Of a stretch of 64,000 bases of DNA, positions 23,101-33,515 are shown in pieces (the stretch's first letter is position 1; each line of letters opens with the position of its first letter). This stretch comes from Vermamoeba vermiformis (Eukaryota), in contig JBEWZL010000236.1 of assembly GCA_045837725.1 (NCBI GenBank), positions 124,001-188,000 of the forward strand, in the 5' to 3' direction. Below the pieces are notes generated by a model, which saw only the letters and a list, made by a program, of their open reading frames with translations, did not search any database and was not told where the DNA came from. A program made the translations under genes and the position numbers.

Positions 23101-26100
23101 AGATCTCAAAGCCAGCCACGCAGATGTACGCTGAACCACCGGGCTTGCCCACACCCATGCTGTAATTGCCCTTCTGCAGCACGCGGAAGTAGCGGAAGTG
23201 CTCTTTGCCGTCCTTGATGTGGAAGGTCTTCGTGTCAAAGCCCTTGGTGAAGGGTGTCTCGCCACCCTCGTGCAAGGTGACCCAGTTCTCAGCGTCATTG
23301 CTGCCCTGGAAGAGCCAGTTCTGAATGTAGCTGTTGGCGTGTTGATAGCCGTGACGCAGTGTGTAGTGGTCGCACATGAGACGATATTCAGAGCCCAAGT
23401 CAACGTAGAACCACTGCGGACAATTGCCGCCCCAGTAAGTGCTCTGCGTCACAGCGCGGCCAATGATGTCTTCTTTCTTCATCTCCTGCGAGTACATCTT
23501 CTCGTGCGAGATCTCCAGCTTGATCTTGCCGCTCGTCAGAGGGTTCTTCCACTCCTCTTTGTGGCCATTAGAACCGATCCAATACAGCAGACCATTCTCG
23601 TCAAAATCAGTCTGGTAGTCGAACTTCTTCGACATGACTTTCTTAATGTTGTCTTTGCTGAAATCCATTTTGCGGCGTGATAACTTGTTGTTCTGCTCAT
23701 CGCGCGAGGCACTGACGAGTGTCAACAACAATCTGCGCGCGGTGAAGTGCACATTGATCGAGCCAATGCGCAACTTGCCACTGGGATCATCAGAGTCACC
23801 AAAGCTAATGAGACCTGTGAGGTCAAATCTGTCCAGGGCCTTGATCCACTTGTTGTTCGTGTAGTCCTGATACGACAGTGAGAGCATGTATTTGGGGCCC
23901 AAGATCTCGTTCTCAATGCCGAGCCAGGCACGTGACAGACCCATTTCAAGCTCCAAACAGTCCACGGTGCGTGTCTTGGTGAATTCAATCTCAAACAAGT
24001 GCTCACTCCGCTCCGAGTCTGACGGAATGCGCCACTTGACACGCGTGCCATCTTGCAGGCGCACTTGTTTGACACCTGGTGGCGGGAAACTCGAGAATTC
24101 AATGCTGTCAAACTGGAATTTGTTCAAACTCTTCAAATTCTCTTCAGTCACTGGGCCCAGATCGATTTTGAGTGGCGCAATGTTATCTTGTTGTGTTTCA
24201 ACTGGTTGTTGATTGGTTGATTTGACTTGCAAATTTAGCAATCGACCCTGGCGATCAGCAGCGACGACTTGATTGTCACCGGTGACAAATGTAACATCGC
24301 GCAGCTGCAGTGAGTCCACGGGCTGAGCGAGTGCGCTAATCAGCTGCAAGGTCTCGCGATCAATACAGTAAAATCGACCTTTCTCCGAGACTAACAGCAG
24401 TGCCTCGCTGTTGTTGAGCTCTACTGTCAGCAACTTGACGAAGGGGTCGCTGACATCGTGTGCCAGCACTGCAGATCTTTGCACCAAAGCTGTTAGTATC
24501 GCTGCAATACCACGGCCTATAATCACAACTTACTTGTACTCGCTCAGTCGGCGATGTTCGTCATCGAAGGCAAATGAGTTCAACAACACCTCAGTGTCGT
24601 GTTTGAAGGCCACTACTACGCGCTGTTGTTGTGCGTTGTATACAGCCTGTGTGGCGCTGCCTTTGCCTGCAATGTGATATGTTTGCATAAATTTCGGCTC
24701 TTTGCTGGTCAATTCATAGACCACCAGAGCAGCGCTGTTGTCGAGAGTGAACAGACACACCGCGCAACAGTCCTCAATGTCTTGATCTTCGGCCTCTTTT
24801 TCAATTGAGCCTTCAGGTGAGGGCATGGAGGCCAAGCAGTTCAGATCCACCGTGACAATCTTCTTCGTGCTCGACAAGCGCACGACACCAGTTTGTTCTT
24901 GCAGCGCCACTAATACACCTTCTTCACCTTGCATATCTCCCTTCAAAATGCGGACCTTTTGGTTCGCTTTGGGTTTGAAAGGTAATAACTGACAAAAATA
25001 TTAGCAGTGCTTGATGAAATTATTGCAAAGCTTACGTGGCTTAGTGGCAAATTGACAACTTCACCAATAACAGGCAGAAATACGCAAATAGTTTCTTTGT
25101 CGATGAGATCAAACACGAGACCCTTCGCACCAGGATAGAGACCCTTGTCACCAACAAACACTTCAATGTCCGTCGTGCACCACTCCACCCACTTGCCTTT
25201 CTTTTCTTCTGCGGGCTTCACAGCTACTGGACGAGGCTTGCATTGCACTAAATAGACGCCTGTCAAAGTACCATCGCGTTCTGGATTTTTCTCTCCGTTG
25301 ACAACATCGTTCGTTGGTTTGTTTTCCTTTTTTGTATGCAATTTGCCATCACGTGCTGCAAAGCTGTACAATTTCCTGAGACCAGCAGTAGTGTCCCAGA
25401 CTGTAATAATCGGATTGTGTGGCTCGTCGGAGGTTGTTAGTATTAACTCGGTGTGTGGTGCAGAGCTGATCGATTTGATATCCTAATATGGTCATTAGTA
25501 TACGCTCTCATATTAGTCACTCCAGCACATACGACATCAGTGCGCTCAGCAGGCAAAGCAGCGAGTGAAACAGCGAGAGGAATGTTGTTGGTCGTCTTGC
25601 CCTGGACGAAGGCGCAAGTAGGTTTGAGATTGCAATGTTCACGCCAGGGGTGATCTTTGTCGGTCCAATCTGACACGACCGACTTGCACGAAAAACACAC
25701 GCATCGATCTTGACCCGCGAGCTGTGCATTGGCTTCGACTTTTGGTTGATGATAAAAGCCAGCTTTGGCGAGATTGCTGGGCGTGGCGTGTTTGTTTGTG
25801 TGCGGCCAGAAAATGAATGATTTCAAGCGATTGAGCTCAGCATTCATTTCGTCGGTGACTGCTGTGGTTGATTTGGCGAGGGCTGTGACAGTTAAATTAG
25901 CTGTTGACACTATTACTCACTATTCACATTGACTTACACGCTGCTTCAAAGCTCTTGCCGCTGAGTTTGACAGTCTCGTTGACAGCATTGGCAGCAGACA
26001 AGACGTCAGATTCATTGAGCTGTGAGGTCAATGCACCTAACATGGCCTTGACTTTGGAATACACCGCTGTGAATGTCACTGTAGGGAACTAGAACACAGT

Positions 26101-26974
26101 TAATACAGAACTAGCTGGTACACCCAGACGTACTTGTAGTTGTTTGTTGGTGGTCGCTTTGAGAATGCTCGCAGTTCTGTCCTCAATCTGCGCGACGACA
26201 GCTTTGAGTTCAGGCAAGCTGATGCCGAGCTTGTTGATCTCGGACTCGTCTTTGTTGAGCTGTGCTTTGAGCACTTTGACTATTTGTTGCGCATCTTGCA
26301 ATGGTAATTCAACGGTGACAGGTTCACTCGCACTCGTGGGAATGTGATTGTTCAGTGCCGCTGTGTCGTGTCAATCGATTGCAATTGATTAATATCGCAT
26401 TATCACTGCTTACCGTCGATTAAATACGAGCCATTTACTGTAGGACTCAACACCCGCAGTTCGCTGCCGGAGCTGTACACGAGCTTTTCTGAGTGTGCGA
26501 GGTACTGTAAGCGCAAAATCTTAGCATCTTCTAAATAGAGTGCATGTTAGTAGCGAACATTCGGAGGCAGAAAGAGGTGCTAGAAATTAATAGAGAATCC
26601 CCATATTTGTTCTATGTGTAGTACGTATAAAAAAAGAGTAATTTGACGTAAATTAATGTTTCTAATAGAATTCTAAAATGGAGCATTTAAAATTTCGCTG
26701 GTCCTTAAAATATTCTTTAAAATAATATAAACAAACGCTGCGTGCTGCCTATTAATTGGTGAACAAAATACGTACTTGATTGTTTTTCGGTAAATTCAGC
26801 AAGGACGGTGCCAGTGACTGCATCCACAACCAAAATTTTCTTCTTTTTATCGTCAAGACCTCGGCCACCAACTATTAATATGCAACTCTTCAGTAACTCG
26901 ATAGAGTCAAGTTCAATATTTAAGTTGGCGGTTTTCTCCTTTAGCCAGTCAAAAGAGAAACTTTGCGAGGCCAT
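14131..26974 (-). CDS. BIRC6: Giant BIRC6/BRUCE-like BIR + UBC (E2/E3 hybrid) protein with extra KOW, discoidin-like, 2x ZZ, SPRY and UBA-like domains
   Basis: BIR domain RLKSF..WPH...LAKAGFY...DRCVCFSC...W...DHPWREH...C (~25615-25830). C-terminal UBC ITGPKDTPY..GFFEFD...[20 protein letters not shown]. Long minus-strand ORFs are joined by short introns. Confidence 0.85.
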
Positions 26975-27195
26975 AGAGATGCTTCCAGAGTGACTAAAAT
27001 ATACAAAAAAATATTCAAAAACAAAATAAACAAAGCTATTCTATGGGAAGGTCGCTACTATTAATAAAAAATACTATGAGCCAATAGTGTTCGCTAGAGG
27101 CCGTGAGAAAATGAATAAATTTTCATTTTTTGGTGACAAACACACTCCGCGCAAGTCACGTGATACAATACCTCAAGTGGCGTCATACATCACAT

Positions 27196-28545
27196 ATGAA
27201 CGACAACAATAATCAAGGCACGCCTGCCGCGCCTAATCAAGGGCCGTTCTTTGGCTCGCAGCAGTGGTACCCAAACGAGGCGGCCATTATACAACAGCTA
27301 GCTGGTAAAGCTGGACCTTATGTCTTGTATCCTCTCATACGTTAATATTTATACAACGACCTTTCACTCACGGTATTATCCTTAATTCCTCTTTAGCACG
27401 TCAGATGGAACCGCCATCCACTCCCCAGAAATAAATCTTACAGATCCCAACAATATTATCGGAGAAGTCAAAAAAAGAGGTAATTAACGCTAATTTCATA
27501 GGTAATAATTAATTGCAACATTATCAGACGATGACTCCGATAAACCAAACTCGCTCGATGATGAAGGCTCGGCACCACTCTCGCATGAAAATGTTAATAT
27601 GGAAGATGGCACACCACGACGAGGCAAAAAGAGGCAAGTAAAAGTTGTCAGTTGCGCGATCGATTAATTCTTAATTTTGGAATTATTTACGAAAAACGCC
27701 AAAAAAATATATTATGGTTGTTTGGTGCATTAATCGTAACTACAAATTTATGGGTATACGGACAGTACTGTATTAAGGTTATCACGTGGCGACGACTAAT
27801 CACGTGACTAACTGATCGCATCTCGAATAGGGCCGCGGAATCATCAGGCAATTGGGACGATACAACAAAAGTACGTCGACAGAGTCATAATGTAGCAGAG
27901 AAGCGACGAAGAGACAAAATTAACGACAAGATCAAAGAGCTGAAGCAGCTGTTGCCGAAGAGCGACAACGACATGAGCAAGGCCCTGAACAAGTCGTACA
28001 CCCTCGAACAGGCCATTGATTACATTCGCAAGCTAGAGCAGCAGAACAACTCCCTCTGGGAACAACAACAACTGCTGCAAGAAGAGAACAGGTACTTGAA
28101 GCTGTTGCGCGCGACGTACAATCTCGACGACGGACTCGACAAGTCCAAAGAGCTCGAAGCACAGTTGTTGGGGACCAGTGCCCCGCTCAAGACCAGCTTC
28201 AGCGCCATGCAAGTACCCATCGCAGTGCAAGTCAACAACACTGGCTCGCCTACCAACTCGCGGCCTGGCTCTTCAATGCTGGTCTGGACCACGCCGTTCA
28301 ACAACAACTTTGCCGCGCAAGTAAACTCACCGATGGTCAAGTCGAATGGCGCTGCACCTGCCGCTCAAATGTTCACTGCTGATCCGAACTTCCCTTTCAA
28401 TACTGCCAACATGAATGCGCTGCGGCAATCTAATCCAATGATGCAAATGAACGTCGTCAACCCGAATATGCCAGGCTCACCCAAGTCTAACGCTAATGTA
28501 AATATAATTTTCGACTCTCCGCCAAAATCGAACTCGACGGAATAA
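27196..28545 (+). CDS. bHLH-leucine-zipper transcription factor (USF/MITF/Max-like class B)
   Basis: RRQSHNVAEKRRRDKINDKIKELKQLLP...KSYTLEQAIDYIRKLEQQNNSL followed by a zipper. Confidence 0.88.
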
Positions 28546-28643
28546 ATGTATATTTAATCTTCAACTGATACCACAACCACAATTCAAATGATCAATTAGG
28601 TCCACTCACTAAGTTTATTGTACATTCATGATTCTAATGACAA

Positions 28644-29680
28644 ATGAAGCGTCAACGAGATGAAGCAGAGCAAGATAATCGTGAGTACTCTCCTACACGG
28701 TCATTCAAAAATAATCGGCAAGTTGTAATCAATTAATATTTAGGCGATAATATTAAAAAGGTACGTCAATCAATTTTAGGATTTTCCAACAATTATCGCA
28801 AAAAACACTTCCTGACCCGATCCAGCCGAAACTGAACTCGTTATCGCTTTCAACCCGATTGCGATCCATTGTGTCATTCGTACGACCCAATAGCACTGTA
28901 GCTGATGTGGCTTGTCATCATGCGCACGTTGCGGTGCACTTGGCTCTGAACCAGATCGCAAAGCGTGTAATAGGCACGGAACTCACTGAGGGCTCGTGGC
29001 AAGTAGCACGCGATACAGTGAACAAACATCAAGTGCAGCACTGCGTAGATATTCGTTTGGGAGACGGTAGGATCCAATCCAAGATGATTTCAACGCTGGC
29101 TTCAGTCTCACACTTGTCATGCAGGACTCACGCCCGTTCACGCACACGAAGTTGATACTGTTATAATTGCTGGTGTAGGCACCGCACTCGCAGTGCAAAT
29201 ACTCAAACAACGTCCTCAAGTTGTAGAGCATGTCAAGCAGTTGATTTTACAACCACAGTTTGAGTGCGAAGAAATGCGTCGCTACTTGCACTCGATCAAC
29301 TTTAAAATCACAGGTATTGTTTGAGATCTGATCGTCTGTTTCAGTGAACTAATTGCCTGCTAGATGAAAAGATGATCGCTGAGAATAATCAATACTACAC
29401 TATCATAGTCGCAGAACCTGGTATTGAGTCATACAATAGCGAAGAGGACTACAAGCACGGACAATTGTTGTTACTCCGATCAGATCCAGTAATGGTGCAA
29501 TGGTGGGAGAACAAACTCGCCAAATTACTCAAGAACATAGCAGCTATTGAAAGCAATCTCTCGGGCGACAAAAGTGACAATGCTAGCAACAAACTCGCGG
29601 AGTTACAGGCGGAAGTAAACACGTACAAGGATCTGATCCAAAAACACACAACAGCACGAAATAATACGAACAAGCAGTGA
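28644..29680 (+). CDS. trmK: tRNA (adenine22-N1)-methyltransferase, bacterial TrmK-like
   Basis: LSTRLRSIVSFV...VADVACHHAHV...IGTELTEG...IRLGDG|LTPV..HEVDTVIIAGVG...LILQP...EKMIAENNQYYTIIVAE, with a C-terminal coiled-coil pair. Four introns. Confidence 0.88.
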
Positions 29681-29839
29681 CGTGCAGAGCATTTTCTCTG
29701 TAAAACAATAAAATGGAGTAAAATTCGGAATTCCTGCTTGGGCAACAAAATTTCTGTTCTTCGAGTCTTGTGAATTCAGTCGACGAGCGGCGATAAAAAG
29801 GCTTTGTTCGCTCGAACGCTCCAATCAACAACACACACG

Positions 29840-30708
29840 ATGCCTCAAGAAGAACAACTCAACCATACTTTCAAGTGAGTACCCCTTTGCTTGACCTTAA
29901 GTCATTGCTAACAGGATCGTGATGCAGGCACAGCTGGCAAGATGTCTTCCTTGCAAGCTGGAAAAAATATCCTTCACCAAAACGACCAGAAGTTTTGTCG
30001 GTAGATATTATCGAAAAGAAGTTTAACCCCGAGGATAACACTCTAAAAACTAAACGCTTGATGATCCTTGAATCCACCCTCCCCAAATGGTTGAACTCAA
30101 TGGTAATTATCCGAATAATTATAACTCGATAGAGTGATTTTCCGACAAACTCCGGTTGAAAAAAAGCAAGAAGACGAATTATTATTTATTAATGAAAAAT
30201 TTGAATGCGCAACGTTAATCTTTTTTATGCAACAGTTTGGCTTGGGCAACAGAGCAGTTTTTTTGGAAGAATCAGTGATTGATCTTAAGAACAAAACAAT
30301 GACTTTGGCCTCACAAAATGTCACTTTTAACAGTCTTATCAAGATGGAGGAAACTTGCACGTACACAATTGATAAAGAGAACGAGAACTGGTAAGTTTAT
30401 TAATATTTATTATTTTAGTAAACACCTCGCCAAAATATTTAAAACAAATCATTTTCAATTATCGGATCTAATTGCTCTACTTCTGCAGGACAAACTTGAA
30501 GCAAGTCGCTAAAGCTACAGCGTACACCTTTACCTTGGCAAGCACCATTGAGAATCTGATTGTTTCTAAGTTCAAGACCAATGCTGCGCAAGGTCGCGAG
30601 ATTATGGAAGCCGCGATTGATTTGGTGCAAAACGAACAGCTGAATGCTCAACGAACATTAGTCGAGCAAGGATTCTTACCCGCGGATATGTTGCCAAACA
30701 CCAACTAG
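29840..30708 (+). CDS. PRELI/MSF1 (Ups2/PRELID3-like) mitochondrial lipid transfer protein
   Basis: HTFK|HSWQDVFLASWKKYPSPKRPEVLSVD...EESVID...MEETCTY...FKTNAAQGREIME. Confidence 0.88.
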
Positions 30709-31167
30709 AGGGTAGTTCCTATCGAAAAAAACAGTTTTGGGTGTATGTATTTGATTGGAAATCTAGCCGTTATCGGCACTTGTAATTATGAAGGGAAGAA
30801 AATTCTCTGTTTTTTTAACGCAAAGATTGCATTGGAAAATAAATGCGCGGAGTTTGTTAATTATAGAGTTGAAGTCAGAAGCACAAATTGCACGAAGGCT
30901 TGTTTGCACGCAAAAGGAGTTTGTTAGTTTTACTGAACTTGAAATCCCACCAAGCGGGGCACTCAAACCTGAGCGGATTTCATAACGATAATTTACACAT
31001 AAACGTCTTTTTTTTTGATTATAAACAGGCTTTCGAACGCGGCTGTAGATGTCGCGAACACGTTTCAGTCAATTAACACTACCCGAAACCCTTATCTATT
31101 TTTTGTTTGGCGAAGAGCCCAAAGCAAAACAACGAAATTAAAAAGGGTTCTAGGTCAAATTTGGCAG

Positions 31168-33394
31168 TTACTGATTTGTTGGGTGCGCACCGGAACCACC
31201 AGTGAGCGAGCTTAAGAGGGCGGACAGAGTAGCGTTATTATTTGCCAAACCAAAAGCCGCGGGGTTATTCGGTTGATCATAATTAGTACTAGGTGCGTTT
31301 CCGCCATAGTAGTTGGACGAATCATTCATCCCTCCCGAGCCCGAATAACTATTCATCATGTTCGAACTGTCGTAGCTGCCTGTATTACGACCGCTATCAG
31401 ACTTACTTTCTCGCGGTCCGTCCTTCGGGGTTGAATAGTCGATTCTAATTGGCTGACCCAAGACCATGCGGCCGTTCAAGTGCATTGCTTGTTCTGTTGC
31501 TTCTTCGGTATCAAACTCGACAAAGCCACAGCTAAAATAGACAGTTAATGCCATGAAATGTGTGAATGTCAATGCGCAACTTACCCTTTGAATCTTCGTG
31601 TCTTTTTGTCGTTTAACCACCTAATGTCTACCACTCGGCCTACATTAGCAAACACGGAGCGAATGATGTCATCGGTAATTGTATCGGGAAGGTTTCCAAC
31701 GAACACTGTCTTGCAACCATACGGGCGAGGTTTGGGCGGATCTACAAGCAATTAGTAAGTTGAAGCTAGCTTTCGATTGATAGCTTTACCTCGCCGAACA
31801 GGGGGCTGGTCGTTGCGACCACCGTAACTAGGTGTGGGATTGGGTGCACTCATCATAGGGCTCATTCCCAAGGGGTTTGGTGGCTGACCCATCAACGAGG
31901 CTTGAAGAAGTAAATTGGGGTTGTAATTGGTGAGCAAAGAGGCCAGAGGATTAGCTGCAGCGCCCATGAGGTTCGGTTGTGCTTGCGGACGAACGTTGAG
32001 TAAATTAGCCAAGTTGAGATTGGTGCCAAGGCCGAGTTGTTGCAAAACGAGTGGATTTAGTCCACCGAGAGCCTGTAGATGCTTGGTTAAGATCGTCCTA
32101 ATTTCATTTACTACCTGGTACTTACATTCAACGGGTTGTTGACAGGTGGGGGTGGGAACTGTGCTTGTTGCGGAGGTGGCGGCTCTCTACCTCGTTCATC
32201 GGAGCCTGGTTTGCCTGTAGCATAATCCACTCGCATGGGTCGATTGTACAACATACTTCCATTCATCTTAGCCGCGGCGGTGGTAGCGTCTGTGGTGTAG
32301 AAGTCGATGAAACCGCATCTAAGGGGTGTGATTAGCTGACTGTTTGAACGCAACGTTCAATTGTAATTCTTACCCTTTGAAGCGGCCAGTCTGCTTGTCT
32401 TCTAACCAGCGAATCTCTTTGATTTGACCGCAGTGTGAAAACATTCTGTATATATCATCGTCATTCACGCGGTCATCAAGATTGCCAATGAAGACCGTGG
32501 TACTGTCGCGCGGTCTGGTTTGTTGAGCCGCGTGCACGTCTGAAGAATTAGTAATTAGTCAAGAAGGAAGGCGAAATGCAATGCCGAACTTACTTCGAGG
32601 TGGTCTCTCTTTCGGGATTTGTCTTTGTTGTTCGTTCTTCCATCTCGCAGCCGCTTGCGCGTTTATAAGAGATTTGTTGCTCAACTCTAAGTTTACGCGA
32701 CGTCCCAAAATTTCGATACCATTTTTACTTAAGGCCTCTGCTGCATACGCAGGTTCTTCGAATTCAATAAAGCCAAAACTGCAAGCGGATTAATAATTAC
32801 TCAAAAAATTGAAAATAATTCTTAAACTTACCCTTTAACTTTACCAGTATCACGGTGTCTATTTAGCCTAATATCCCTAATTTTGCCGCAAGAAGAAAAT
32901 ATTTCCGTCAACATAGACTCGGTAACATCTGGCGGGAGGTTACCAATGAAGATGGTTTGCTTAGTCTCTTGACCACCTTCAATTCGAGGACGTTTGTTAC
33001 GACTATCCTCTTCATCAAATGACCCTTCTTCGTGTTTACGCTTTACTCCGCGAGCTTCTCCGTCTTCTCTTGATGCTTCTTCGTGGAAGCTTCCTGCATC
33101 GGCCGATCGTTCCTCACGTTGGTATTCTTCAGGTGTAGCGTTTCCTTGGTAATCATAGGTCGCGGTAGGGTGGTACTCATTATCTGAGGGTTGGTGTTGG
33201 TATTCGCTTTGAGGCTGAGCATCATACGAAACTTGTGGATCTGCATGCTGATCAGAAGGTAGTTGATCTGCTTCAGCTGCATTATTAGTATATGAAAGCC
33301 CTGGCACTTGAACTTCAGGAACTTCAGTCTGCGGTGCAGTCTGAGGCTCTGAAGTTTCAGTGGGAGGTACAGGAATGTGTTGCTCGTTTTCCAT
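31168..33394 (-). CDS. RNA-binding protein with three RRM domains
   Basis: Three RNP2/RNP1 pairs: IFIGNL..KG|FGFIEF, VFIGNL..KG|CGFIDF, VFVGNL..KG|CGFVEF. Confidence 0.9.
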
Positions 33395-33515
33395 CGCGTG
33401 CGAATAAAAAAAAATACGCGCACAGAAGAAAAAAACACCGAGCCCTGGTTGGTGCTCGTTGGTGGACTCGAATTATTTTTCTTGCAAGTTCGTGTATTGC
33501 AATACAACTACAGCG

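Noticed and set aside
14305-24212. Many long plus-strand ORFs opposite the BIRC6-like gene
   Set aside because: They are antisense shadows of GC3-rich coding sequence with no recognisable domains.
28644-29680. Bacterial contamination as the source of trmK
   Set aside because: The gene has four canonical spliceosomal introns and eukaryotic neighbours on both sides.
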